A DNA stretch of 64,000 bases from assembly GCA_965217865.1 (NCBI GenBank), contig CBDCJO010000002.1, forward strand, positions 800,001 to 864,000, given 5' to 3'. The position numbers and the translations under genes are program-made. This DNA comes from Candidatus Latescibacterota bacterium (GTDB taxonomy: Bacteria; Latescibacterota; UBA2968; SICM01). Below are positions 40,785 to 53,421 of the stretch, in pieces; position 1 is the stretch's first letter; each line of letters opens with the position of its first letter. The notes beneath the pieces are model-generated. The model had not been told where the DNA came from. It worked only from the letters and a program-made list of their open reading frames with translations, and searched no databases.

Positions 40785-41198
40785 TTACCCGATTATGTGT
40801 TCTTCTAAGGGTTTCTTAGGGTCTTGAGTCTCCACAAGGCATTTAATAAGGTTCGTGACATAGTCCCGCAGGAGCCAAATACTGAATGGCCGATGATGCC
40901 ATAACCTCCATATTTTATAACTCACACCTGAAGACACATTAAAAAAGGATGTACCTTCGATTCTAGAATACAAATCAAGGTCATCTTTATTTATGCCTTT
41001 ACGGGTTCTTCTATATATCTCTCTTGATAGAGAGATTGCAATTTGTTCGCTATCATTCAAATTCTTACTTTTTACAGTGATATTTATTAATTCATCAATA
41101 AGTTGATTTTGCTCTCTAACCTTGAATAGAAAGAAAAGAGAAGAGACTAACGAAAGAATTAATAGAAATAGTGATAGGCGATGTAAGTGTTGTTTCAT
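40785..41198 (-). pseudogene. Truncated, frameshifted membrane-anchored transglutaminase-like protein
   Basis: N-terminal TM helix. After a shift at ~40915 the other frame reads KYGGYGIIGHSVFGSCGTMSRTLLNALWRLK (G-x-C motif). Confidence 0.5.
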
Positions 41199-41223
41199 GA
41201 CATTTCCTCATGTTGGTATGAAC

Positions 41224-41355
41224 ACATAACTTATAGTTAGACAGAATAAAAAAAACCGCGAACACTGCAATCTTGACAGTTGTTAATTTGTTGAGGCAGT
41301 TTAATGCTAATTTACTATTTTTAGTTGGTTAAATCAAGAATCCATTCGGGTTTAG
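41224..41355 (-). promoter_or_regulatory. Promoter + attI-like unit, copy 2
   Basis: TTGATT-17-TAAATT; GTCTAAC-TATAA-GTTATGT (L box, 5-bp spacer, GTTRRRY-type R box). Confidence 0.65.
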
Positions 41356-41631
41356 ACTGCGCAAAATGGCCATCTAATCTGTGCTGTGATCCACTCCAAC
41401 CTCCTTGAGAGGCTATCTGCCGGGCTTCGCACCCTCTTCCTCCCCGGTTCAACATATGGGTACTTGATTTAACCCAGGCGCGCCAGATGAAAATCCTATC
41501 TCAAACAACCACATCCTTCTGGTGGACTTCAAGCATTCTAAACTGGTTGCATCGTATTACCAATCATTCTCTTCCAGACTCCCGAAGGTGTGGATCTGCG
41601 GACAATCGCAAAGGAGAAAGAAGGAGGGTAA

Positions 41632-43722
<2,091 letters not shown>

Positions 43723-43813
43723 TATCGGGGGTTCGGCCCGGAAATACACTTGACTTATTCGTCTAAATGTTTTAACCTTATAGAGTTTTGCACGTTGATG
43801 AGGGGTTTGAAAC

Positions 43814-43889
<76 letters not shown>

Positions 43890-43957
43890 TTTTGAGTAAA
43901 ATCACCCATTGCAAGATCGCAATCAGTTGATCGGATCCACTTTGAACTTGATATTTT

Positions 43958-44000
43958 AAGGCAAGCGCGTCGCGGTTCAGAGCGTGTCTTGCCTTTTTTA
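43958..44000 (+). terminator. Intrinsic terminator after tRNA-Ala
   Basis: AAGGCAAG...CTTGCCTT followed by TTTT. Confidence 0.7.
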
Positions 44001-44050
44001 AATTCAGAAACAAGAGTTTAGCAGGAGTGAGAGGAAGGCGGGTCGAGACG

Positions 44051-45813
44051 ATGGAAGAACGTGAAATTGAGTTGATCGACTATATCAATGTAATACTTAA
44101 AAGGAAGCGATTCATTATCATCGGGACGTTGATTTTCGTGTTGATCGCATCGATCTATAGCTTCGGCCGACGCGCACCGACGGTCTATGAAGCCAAGGCC
44201 TCGCTCCTCGTCATCCCACCCCCGTTCAAGGCTGAAGAGTTGATGACGTCCAACCTGCCGATCCACGCATATGAAAGACTTGCCCGCGCCCAGGACCTGG
44301 AAAAGGCGATCATAGACTCGCTGAACCTGGGATTCGGGATCAACAGGCTGGACGGGATGATGGACGTCGAAGTGGTGAAGGGGAAGACTTCCCCGTTGAT
44401 AACTTTTTCAATCCAGTCCGACAGCGCGGACCTTTCGATTGAGATTGTTAATAGTTGGGCGGACCTTTTTGTGAAGAAGAACAGCGGGCTCACTTCCCAG
44501 GCGATATCCGGTTCGTATGAATTTATCCTAGGCCAGTACAATACGGCTCAGGAGCTGCTGAAGAATAAGGAGGATGCCCTGCTGGAATTCATGGAAACAA
44601 ATCACCTTTCTATCCTGTCCAATGAACGGGATCCTGAATCCGAAAAGCTGAAGGAGCTCCAGGTCGCTTATACGCATCAAACGCCGATTTGAGGGCGAAA
44701 GAGGATAGCCTGAGACATCAGGAGTATTTGATCGCAGCACTGGATATCGATGGCAAATGGATCGGGACCCTTGTCGAGGAAGGCGCGCCGATCCCGTTCG
44801 AGAATCTCACCGAAGAGCAGGTTTATATTCAAAAACTCGTGGCGGAAGCGACCCGGACCCTGCTTCAGGCTGAGGAAGATCTCATATCCTTCAAGGATGA
44901 ATACAGGATCGAACTGCTCAAGGCTGAAGTGGACCAGAAGATCAAAACGCTTGCTGTTCATCAGGCGGAGCTGGTCACGATGGACCTGGGAAGAGACAAG
45001 ACCCGGGTGACTCTGGAGCAGATCGATCAACAACTCAAACTACAGAGCCCGACGCTGGTCTTATCCAAAGCCATAACGGATGATGCCCTGTGGCAAAAGA
45101 ACCGGGATGGCACCCTTTCTCCGGACGATCTCAAGAAGCTGGAGAGGTTGAAACTTCGGTCGGAAGAGTTAAATCCGGTATATATCGACCTTTTGAAAAG
45201 GAAGGCCTCCTTACAGCTGGAGCACAATTCCTATTCTCCGAAAAAGGTCATCCTCAAACAGGAGATCGAAAAGCTCAAAAATGAACTCCCGATGCTTGAA
45301 AAAAGACTGCGGGCTCAGGAGAAAGAACAGGTTGCGATTGAAAATAGGTTGGGGATCGCCCGCAAGACAGTGGATTCTTTGTGGAAGAGATATTCGGTCG
45401 TAAAATCGGGTGTGGAGCAGACCCGTATGGATATCGTGTCCGAAAAAGAAAAAATGGCATACTCGCGTTCCGCACTGGATGCGTACAGATCGAGGTTCGA
45501 GGGGCTGGATGAACAGGTTGATCTTTTGGAGTTAGAGCAGGCGAGGCTGGATAGAGATGTCGGGATGTATAAAAGCACACTTGAACGGTTCGGTAAACTT
45601 GCCGAAGACGCCCGGGTGGCGAAGGCGGGGGAGGTCTCAGACCTTAAAGTGGTGGCTCGAGCGGTTGTGGCGACGACCCTTGTTCCCAAAAAGCAAAGCA
45701 CGGTATTGCTGGGTGGAGGCGTGGGTCTTGTGGTGACCATATTGCTTGTGTTCTTCGTGGATTACATTGAAAAGGCTCGTCAGAGAGAAAAGCAGGGAAC
45801 GGGAAACGAATAG
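44051..45813 (+). pseudogene. Wzz/GumC-like polysaccharide chain-length determinant, frameshifted at ~44640-44690
   Basis: EREIELIDY...TM...YEA N-terminus; the second ORF has a long coiled coil, NPVY and a C-terminal TM. Confidence 0.8.
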
Positions 45814-45823
45814 GAAAAAAAAG

Positions 45824-46951
45824 ATGATACAGCATAAAATACAAGATCTGTTGGGCCGAGATGAGATCGACATAGACCTGGAGGAGGTGGCTGCCTACCT
45901 AAGGGGAAGATCCGTGCTGGTTACAGGGGCCGGAGGGTCGATCGGATCGGAATTGTGCCGGCAGATCTCACCCCTGGGACCCAAAGCCCTGGTGCTGTTA
46001 GGGCGGGGTGAAAACAGTATCTACGAGATGACGATGGAGCTCCGGACCCGGTTTCCCAAACTAGATGCAACCCCTGTCGTTGCGGACGTGCGTGATCAAC
46101 ACCGGGTGCGCAATGTGTTCGAAGAACAGAAGCCCGAGGTTGTTTTCCACACTGCGGCGCACAAGCACGTCGATCTGATGGAGGCTTTTCCGGAGGAGGC
46201 GGTGAAGAACAATGTCTTCGGAACCCAAAATGTCGTCGAAGCAGCGGCCGAGGCCGGTGTCGGGCGGTTTGTGATGATTTCCACGGACAAGGCGGTCAAT
46301 CCTGCGTGTGTTTACGGGGCCGCGAAGCGGGTCGCCGAATTGCTCGTAGCCCTTTGGGCGGAGCGATCAAAAACTTCTTTTGTGACGGTCCGGTTCGGGA
46401 ATGTGTTGGGATCCCGCGGCAGCATCGTGCCGCTTTTCCGGAAGCAGATTGAGCTGGGTGGACCCGTGACGGTGACAGACCCTGAGGCAAAAAGATACTT
46501 CATGTCCATTCCGGAGTCCGTGCGTCTGGTCTTGCAGAGCGGGGCCTTTGGACGTTCGGGAGAGATCTTTGTCCTGGATATGGGGGAACAGGTCCGCATA
46601 TTGGATCTGGCGAGGAACATGATTCGCCTGGCCGGCCTGGAACCGGGGATCGATATCGGGATCGAGTTTATCGGGTTGCGGCCAGGCGACAAGCTGTCCG
46701 AAGAGCTTTTGACCCACGGCAAAGGCGTACGGGCGACGCGGCATAAGAAGATCTTTGCGGCAAATCCGGATCGGGTGGACGGACAAAGCCTGGAGAAGGA
46801 CCTTGAGGAATTAGAGGCCCTATCCCAAAATCCGGATCGGCAGGGGTTAGTCAACAAGCTGAAAGAGATGGTACCGACTTACGAGCCGTCTAGTCTGTGG
46901 GGAAAAGGCGAAGAGGTCGGGGGTCAGAGGTCGGAGGCCGGGGAAAAGTGA
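45824..46951 (+). CDS. CapD/PglF-like nucleotide-sugar 4,6-dehydratase catalytic domain
   Basis: DLLGR, TGAGGSIGSEL, AAHKHV, ISTDKAVNP and VRFGNVLGSRGS motifs. Confidence 0.92.
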   Translation: MIQHKIQDLLGRDEIDIDLEEVAAYLRGRSVLVTGAGGSIGSELCRQISPLGPKALVLLGRGENSIYEMTMELRTRFPKLDATPVVADVRDQHRVRNVFEEQKPEVVFHTAAHKHVDLMEAFPEEAVKNNVFGTQNVVEAAAEAGVGRFVMISTDKAVNPACVYGAAKRVAELLVALWAERSKTSFVTVRFGNVLGSRGSIVPLFRKQIELGGPVTVTDPEAKRYFMSIPESVRLVLQSGAFGRSGEIFVLDMGEQVRILDLARNMIRLAGLEPGIDIGIEFIGLRPGDKLSEELLTHGKGVRATRHKKIFAANPDRVDGQSLEKDLEELEALSQNPDRQGLVNKLKEMVPTYEPSSLWGKGEEVGGQRSEAGEK

Positions 46952-47045
46952 TAGTAGTAGCAGTAGCAGGGGCAGTGGCAGGAAAAGCAAACTCCGGGGT
47001 CGGAGGCCGGAGGTCAGGGGAAAGCAGTTCCAGCGGCGGTAGCGA
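46910..47045 (+). repeat. Heptamer/hexamer degenerate tandem array
   Basis: GAGGTCG GGGGTCA GAGGTCG GAGGCCG ... GTAGCA units, like 23978-24070. Confidence 0.7.
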
Positions 47046-47196
47046 AGTCTTGAAATAGGCCATATGACATTCAACTGAATTTCCCCTCTCCCGGCACCCG
47101 GGAGAGGGGTGCCGAATTTACGAGGCGGGGTCCGTCAGAGGCGGGTTTTTTTACGTAGGACGGGAATGAATTCCCGACTACAAGGAGGGAAACTCC

Positions 47197-47361
47197 TTGA
47201 CATCCCGAACCGAATGTGTTACTTTATGCAACGAATGGGGTTAAGTATATGGAATTAATAGAGGAAACCTGGGATATCACCCCACGAAAATAGCTTATTT
47301 AGGCCAAATATCGCTTGACATTCTAAACGGCAAGTGTTACTTTAAGCAACACTTGCCGTTT
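47197..47361 (+). promoter_or_regulatory. Tandem sigma70 promoters with a shared operator-like motif
   Basis: TTGACA-17-TACTTT at 47197 and at 47315; both -10 boxes lie within GTGTTACTTTAwGCAAC. Confidence 0.7.
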
Positions 47362-47399
47362 TTCTTTGTTTTATTGGTTCTTTCTTTGTCTTTAAATAT

Positions 47400-48017
47400 A
47401 TGGAAATCTTAAAGAAAAGCTCGGATATCCGAGAAGATCTGGGTCTTCTGGCGGTGATGGATGCCTTGGAGGGAAAAGATGCCCTGAGCCAGCGAAAGCT
47501 CTCCGCGGCCACGGGCTTGAATTTGAAGAAGATCAACTTCTGTCTCCATAAGTTGTTGGAAAAGGGGTATATCAAGTTTGAAAAGGCCCGGCGGAATCCC
47601 AACAAGTTGGTCTATCTCTATCTGATGACACCGGATGGCATTCGGGCGAAATCGCGGCTGACCTATCGCTTCATAAGATATACCATGGAGCAGCATAATA
47701 AGATCGAGGAGAAGGTCCGCCGGAGTTTGGATACGCTTGCAAAGGAGGAAGTGAGCCAGGTGGTTCTTTACGGGGTAAGCGATGTTACGCGGATTCTTTT
47801 CGACTCCTTGAATGGGTATTCCATCCGCGTCGTTGGAGTCGTGGATGACGTCTATAAGGGGGAGGAGTTTTACGGATATCGGGTTATACACAGTGATGCT
47901 TTAGGAAGGCTGGACTTCGATCGGTTGATCGTCACCACATTCGATGAGCCTGAGGAGGTGGAGACACGCCTGTTGAAATCGGGTATCGGGCGCGAAAAGA
48001 CCTGGTGGATCGCTTAG
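47400..48017 (+). CDS. MarR-family EPS-associated winged-helix regulator
   Basis: SQRKLS...GL.L.K.N.CL..L.EKG and Y.YL.TP.GI.AK motifs. Confidence 0.85.
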   Translation: MEILKKSSDIREDLGLLAVMDALEGKDALSQRKLSAATGLNLKKINFCLHKLLEKGYIKFEKARRNPNKLVYLYLMTPDGIRAKSRLTYRFIRYTMEQHNKIEEKVRRSLDTLAKEEVSQVVLYGVSDVTRILFDSLNGYSIRVVGVVDDVYKGEEFYGYRVIHSDALGRLDFDRLIVTTFDEPEEVETRLLKSGIGREKTWWIA

Positions 48018-48041
48018 AAGGTCCGCTTAAAGGAAGGGATC

Positions 48042-49058
48042 GTGGGACGCATTCTTGTGACCGGGGCAGCAGGATTTATCGGTTACCATCTCTGTGAGCG
48101 CCTGCTTGCCCAGGGGGAACGCGTGTTGGGCCTCGATATTCTGAATGATTACTACGACGTCCGTCTGAAGGAAGCCCGGCTTGAACGACTGAAGGCTCAA
48201 GAGAACTTCGACTTTGTAAAACTGAATCTGACTGATCGGGGGGGGATTGAGAAACTTTTCGCCGAGTCCGGCCTGGAAAGCGTCGTCCATCTTGCCGCCC
48301 AGGCCGGCGTTCGCTATTCTCTGACCAATCCCCACGCATACATCCATTCGAATGTCGTGGGTTTCCTTAATGTGTTGGAGGGCTGTCGACACAATTCGAT
48401 AAAACACTTAGTATTTGCTTCGAGCAGTTCGGTCTACGGGACGAACTCCAGGATGCCCTTCTCGGTGCACGATCCCGTGGACCATCCGATTTCATTGTAT
48501 GCAGCCAGTAAAAAATCCAATGAGCTGATGGCGCACAGTTATGCCCATCTTTATGACCTGCCTTGCACGGGTTTGCGATTCTTCACGGTCTATGGCCCCT
48601 GGGGACGTCCGGACATGGTGATGACGTTGTTTGCAAAGGCCATCTTAGCGGACAAGCCGATCGATGTATTCAATCAGGGGCGTCACAAACGAGACTTTAC
48701 CTATGTCGACGACATCGTCGATGGCGTGGTGCGAGTGATGGGACAAAAACCCGAACGCGATGAGAATTGGGCAGGGGATCCACCGGATCCGGCCAGCAGT
48801 TCAGCCCCTTTCCGTCTTTACAACATCGGCGGGGGCCGACAGGTAGAGTTGATGTATTTGGTCAAACTGCTTGAATCCGCTTTGGGGCGGAAGGCGCAAA
48901 TGAACCTTTTAAATATGCAGTCGGGGGACATGGCCGAGACTTATGCTGACATCAATGACCTGAAGAAGGACGTGGGCTTTAACCCGGAAACGAATATTGA
49001 GGAAGGTGTGAAGAAATTTGTGGCGTGGTATCGAGACTATTATTCTGCGACGAACTGA
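48042..49058 (+). CDS. NAD-dependent epimerase (UDP-glucuronate 4-epimerase-like)
   Basis: TGAAGFIG, HLAAQAGVRYS, YAASK and RFFTVYGPWGRPDM motifs. Confidence 0.93.
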   Translation: MGRILVTGAAGFIGYHLCERLLAQGERVLGLDILNDYYDVRLKEARLERLKAQENFDFVKLNLTDRGGIEKLFAESGLESVVHLAAQAGVRYSLTNPHAYIHSNVVGFLNVLEGCRHNSIKHLVFASSSSVYGTNSRMPFSVHDPVDHPISLYAASKKSNELMAHSYAHLYDLPCTGLRFFTVYGPWGRPDMVMTLFAKAILADKPIDVFNQGRHKRDFTYVDDIVDGVVRVMGQKPERDENWAGDPPDPASSSAPFRLYNIGGGRQVELMYLVKLLESALGRKAQMNLLNMQSGDMAETYADINDLKKDVGFNPETNIEEGVKKFVAWYRDYYSATN

Positions 49059-49161
49059 TGGTATGGACTCCATGGCCATCGGGAAATTGAAAAATGGAAA
49101 ATGAAAAATGCAGATTGCAAAATGCAGACCATAGACGATGGACCATGGTCAGGGGTCGCTA

Positions 49162-50689
49162 GCAGCCCGTTGAAGAACTACCTTTCAACGCACATAAACG
49201 GAAAAGACGCCTGGAGTGCGGGTCAGATAAATCAAGGTAAGGAGATTGAGCAGGAGACGCTGATAAGAGGTTAAAAAGGTGACCGAGGGCAGCAAACGTG
49301 ATTGTAGGACGAGCAGTAGACGCTGCAAGGCCTTGGCCAGGTCCTGGAGGGCCTTCGGAGTACCTACGCCCATCACTTTGCGCATGAGCAGAGCCAGGTT
49401 GCAGCCCCCGATGTGGATCAGCAAACGCTTGAGGATATTGCCGCGGTCTCTCAAGTGCAACCTGCGCATGCCACCGGTATCATATGTGTGAGCGATGGTT
49501 CTTTCCACCCGTTCTGCACGACTTCGGCGCAAGGCCTTGCCGCGATCTCCCTTGATCCGGCGTCGATTCGCATATACCGCGGCCTGCTCATCTCGTCGGC
49601 CGTTCCACTTGCGGCGTCCCCGATCCGGTTCTGAAATGTAACTCCGGATGCCGCCTTGCTTCAGACTGGTCAATACATCGTTGCTATGATATCCTTTGTC
49701 CGCAACCACCTCCCGTATACGCTGTCTGTGCAAACGTTTGGCAGCTTTTTCGTCCTTCGCGACCTGCTTGAGATTGAGCTGCGCCTCGAGCAGCGTCCAG
49801 GGCAACGACTCGGTATCTCCTTCATCTGCTCCCGACAACGCCACTGCCACAATGGCATTGGTGTCCAGATCCACCGCGTGCTCCACCTTGTGCGCCATGT
49901 GCGTGCGACCGTCCTTCATCTTAGCGATCTTGGCATCCGGGTCGTGCGGGTGCTCCCAGTCCTGGTTCGATCCCTTCTTCGGTCGCTTCTTATCGATCTT
50001 GGACAAGTCCTCGCGGGTAGGCGTTTCAATGCCCGAGGCCTTGGCCAGATTCTCAAGGAATGCCTGGTAGCCTTCACCCGTGTCACGGCGTACAATGCTG
50101 CGCATCGCGGCGTTGGCCTCCAGTGTCGTAGCATCCACGCCCAACGTCTTCCCCTTCACCAGACCCGCTTTGCACAAGACCCTCAGGATCCACTTGAAAA
50201 CCGCTTCGTGAACTTCCAAGGGAAGCCGATGCCGGATGCGAGACAGGCTGGAATGATCCGGGGTCTGTTCGTCAAGGGCATACCCCAAAAACCGGCGCAA
50301 CGTCAGCGAGTCAGATACACGCCATTCGATCCCACGTTCCGAATCAAGTCCCTCGAAATACCCAATCAAAAGCATCCGAAAATAAACCCCGGGCGGAATG
50401 CCCTTGCGACCCATATGAGGAGCGTAATACCGCTGGCAAAGCCCCTCGACGAACTCGTCGAAGCCGTTCGCCCCCAATACCTGATTCAGCTTCTCGTAGA
50501 ACGGATGACCCGGAGATTTCACCAAAGTGTTCGATGCGATGAACAGGTTTTCCTGTCTCTGTCGGCCTCGTTTTCCCATTGCCATTTGCTCGTCCTCCCT
50601 TCTCAGTTTGAACCTGATATATCATAGGACCAAACCACAAGGAAAGACAACAGTCATCTTGGCATAAACGCACTTTTTCAACAGGCTGG
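49162..50689 (-). mobile_element. IS1182/IS5-like insertion sequence, copy 1 (1528 bp)
   Basis: IRs GCAGCCCGTTGAA / TTCAACAGGCTGG with TA on both sides; transposase 49185..50585 with DUF772-type SER...PDHS, VDAT and ADKGY motifs. Confidence 0.9.
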
Positions 50690-50752
50690 TAGGGCGCAGC
50701 GAAGGCCACGCTGGGGTTATGAATCGCTAAATTTTTTCTCGGGAGTTAAACC

Positions 50753-52702
50753 TTGTGCGGCATTCTAGGCATCGTTCGTTCTGACGGGGGTTCGATCGAC
50801 CCGAACCAGTTGCAGGATATGACGGACACGATGCGCCACCGGGGTCCGGATGGTCGGGGATTTGCGTTGTTGGATCCGGTTGCCAAAACAGCAAGATTCT
50901 ACGATCGGATTCAAACGCAGGATTCAAACGGGGGGCCGAGTATCGGACTGGGCCATCGGCGTCTGAGTATCATCGATATCGAAGGCGGACAGCAGCCCAT
51001 GTCGAATGAGGACGGGTCGGTCTGGGTGGTCTTCAACGGGGAGATCTACAATTTTCAAGAATTACGACCTCAGCTAAGTGCCTTGGGACACCATTTCAAG
51101 ACAGATCACTCAGATACGGAGACGATCGTTCATGCTTTCGAGGAATGGGGAGAACGCTGTTTGGATCATTTCAGGGGGATGTTTGCATTTGGTGTTGTGG
51201 ATCTGAATAGAAACCGTCTGTTCCTGGCGAGGGACCGTATCGGGAAGAAGCCCCTGTTCTATTATGCAGGTCAAGGAAAATTGATTTTCGCCTCCGAGAT
51301 CAAGGCCATTATTCAGGATTCCTCCGTCCCTCGGGAGGTCGACCTGACGGCTCTTGCTGACTACTTTACCTACCTCTATATCCCATTTCCAAAAACGATC
51401 TTTAAGAATATCTACAAGCTGAATCCTGGCCATTTTCTTTCGGTCGATTTGAACGATGCTTCGAGTGCGTGTCCGTTCCGATCAATTTCATATTGGGATG
51501 TCCGTTTTGAGCCGGATGAGTCGATCTCCGAGGCCGAGTGGTGTGAGCGGCTTCGAGCGGAATTGATAGAGGCGATTCGGATCAGAATGATCAGCGATGT
51601 TCCACTGGGGACTTTTCTGAGCGGAGGGGTGGACTCAAGCACGGTGGTCGCCCTGATGAGCCGGCTTCAGGATAAACCGGTGAAGACGTTCTCCATCGGT
51701 TTTGAAGAAGCGGGATATGACGAGACGCCATATGCCCGGCAGGTCGCCAGGCAGTTCGGCACGGACCATCACGAAGAGATCATCCGGCCGGACGCGATCG
51801 AGGTGCTTCCGAAGCTGGCCTGGGAGTATGATGAACCCTTCGCGGATTCCTCGGCTGTGCCGACCTATTATGTTTCACAGATGGCCCGCAAGTGGGTCAC
51901 GGTGGTTTTGTCGGGAGACGGGGGGGATGAAGGCTTCGCCGGATATCGACGATATTCCAAGGCCCTCAGGTTTCACCACTGGGTGGACTGGATCCCCCAC
52001 TTTATCCGCAAGGCGATTTTCGGAAGGATTTCCCGAATTGGGCAGGACGGACTTAAGGGAAAAAAACGCCTGATCTATTTTTCTCAGGAACCCGGTGAAC
52101 GGTTTCGAAGCGTGGTCAGCCGTCCTGTCTGGCGTTCCCTTTTTCGACCGGAGATACGGGATGCAATCGGAGGGGACTATGAGAATCCCATCCTGTCGGA
52201 TTTATGGGGAAGAGGGGGTTACGATTACGTATCTCGAATGCAATATCTGGACACGAAGACGTGCCTGCCTGAAGATATGCTGACGAAAATCGACAGGGCG
52301 AGCATGCTCAACTCTCTGGAGGTGCGCTGTCCCTTCGTGGACCATAAGGTGATCGAGCTCGCCGCTAGGATCCCCTCCCGTTTGAAATTGAATCGGTACG
52401 ATAAGAAATATATCCTGAAGCGGATGATGCTCTCGGAGTTCGGCCACGACTTTCTATATCGACGGAAATGGGGATTTGAGGTTCCGGTGGAGCGTTGGTT
52501 TCGGAACGACCTCAACGGCTATCTTTCCGACACCCTCCTGGGGGCCAACAGTTTTGTATCGAATTACATCGAAAAGGGAGCCTTGCACAAAGTGATCAAG
52601 CGTCATCGGGCTGGTTTGAGGGATCTGAGCCCCACGATCTGGAGTGTTCTGTTTTTGGAGAAGTGGGGGGAGGTCTATATGAAAGGCAAAGGCGACCATT
52701 GA
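50753..52702 (+). CDS. asnB: Asparagine synthase-like amidotransferase of the polysaccharide locus
   Basis: MCGI, HRGPD, RRLSIID, NGEIYN, LSGGVDS and SGDGGDE motifs. Confidence 0.93.
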   Translation: MCGILGIVRSDGGSIDPNQLQDMTDTMRHRGPDGRGFALLDPVAKTARFYDRIQTQDSNGGPSIGLGHRRLSIIDIEGGQQPMSNEDGSVWVVFNGEIYNFQELRPQLSALGHHFKTDHSDTETIVHAFEEWGERCLDHFRGMFAFGVVDLNRNRLFLARDRIGKKPLFYYAGQGKLIFASEIKAIIQDSSVPREVDLTALADYFTYLYIPFPKTIFKNIYKLNPGHFLSVDLNDASSACPFRSISYWDVRFEPDESISEAEWCERLRAELIEAIRIRMISDVPLGTFLSGGVDSSTVVALMSRLQDKPVKTFSIGFEEAGYDETPYARQVARQFGTDHHEEIIRPDAIEVLPKLAWEYDEPFADSSAVPTYYVSQMARKWVTVVLSGDGGDEGFAGYRRYSKALRFHHWVDWIPHFIRKAIFGRISRIGQDGLKGKKRLIYFSQEPGERFRSVVSRPVWRSLFRPEIRDAIGGDYENPILSDLWGRGGYDYVSRMQYLDTKTCLPEDMLTKIDRASMLNSLEVRCPFVDHKVIELAARIPSRLKLNRYDKKYILKRMMLSEFGHDFLYRRKWGFEVPVERWFRNDLNGYLSDTLLGANSFVSNYIEKGALHKVIKRHRAGLRDLSPTIWSVLFLEKWGEVYMKGKGDH

Positions 52703-52719
52703 CGGGAAAAGCGAAGGCG

Positions 52720-52860
52720 ACCACGGACGATGGACCATAGACGAGGAAGGCAAAGGCGATAGACCAGAGAGGCAAAAGCGATATCCTTCGTCCATCGTCC
52801 ACCGTCCACGGTCCATTTTCCATCGTCCATCGTCCACCGTCCACGGTCCATCGTCGGCTT
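52720..52860. repeat. Heptamer array / hairpin on the 5' side of the four-helix-bundle gene
   Basis: GACGATG GACCATA arm, then CGTCCAT/CGTCCAC/GGTCCAT units. Confidence 0.85.
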
Positions 52861-52878
52861 TTCTCCTGGAGGCCTGAG

Positions 52879-53240
52879 ATTTCCTTTAAGTTCGAGAATC
52901 TCGAGGTATGGCAACTTGCCCTTGAATATATTGATTTGATTTACGCGATTGCTGACCAATTGCCACGAAAAGAGGAGTTTAATCTCAAGTCCCAACTCGT
53001 GCGAGCAGGGACCTCAGTAGCGCTGAACATTGCCGAGGGATCGACTGGACAGAGTAATGCCGAGCAAGCCCGTTGTCTTGGATTTGCACTTCGCTCCCTG
53101 ATCGAAACCGTAGCTTGTCAGCATCTGATTCGCCGACGTAATTACCTGGAGGATCTGACTCCCCTGGATGAAGCATATCGTCAGAGCGAAAAGCTGTCCA
53201 GAAAATTGTTCGCAATGCGGAAAGCCATTGGGAACCCAAA
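52879..53240 (+). CDS. Four-helix-bundle protein (23S rRNA IVP / TIGR02436-like), read through into the downstream GT2
   Basis: FKFENLEVWQ...LP..E.FNL.SQ..RA..SV..NIAEG. GGAGG RBS precedes an ATT codon at 52879; no stop before GT2. Confidence 0.85.
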
Positions 53241-53415
53241 GGCGACCATAGACGATAGACGGGAAGAGCAAGATCGACCACAGACCATAGACGAAAAAAG
53301 AAAATTGTTTATCGTAGTTCGTCTATCGTCCACCGTCGGTCTTTCCTTTGTCCACCGTCCACGGTCCATCGTCGGTTTTCCCCTTTGTCCATCGTCCACG
53401 GTCCACCGTCCGGTT
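53240..53415. repeat. Heptamer array / hairpin on the 3' side of the four-helix-bundle gene
   Basis: GACCATA GACGATA arm then CGTCCAC units; exact 26-bp match 53350-53375 = 52832-52857. Confidence 0.85.
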
Positions 53416-53421
53416 TTTCCT

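Noticed and set aside
41386-41472. VIHSNLLERLSAGLRT as a remnant intI N-terminus divergent from the attI-like unit
   Set aside because: The position is suggestive, but the match is too short and lacks the HYS..TE motif.
52720-53415. Repeat arrays as CRISPR
   Set aside because: They are 7-nt degenerate units without unique spacers, and no cas genes are present in the window.
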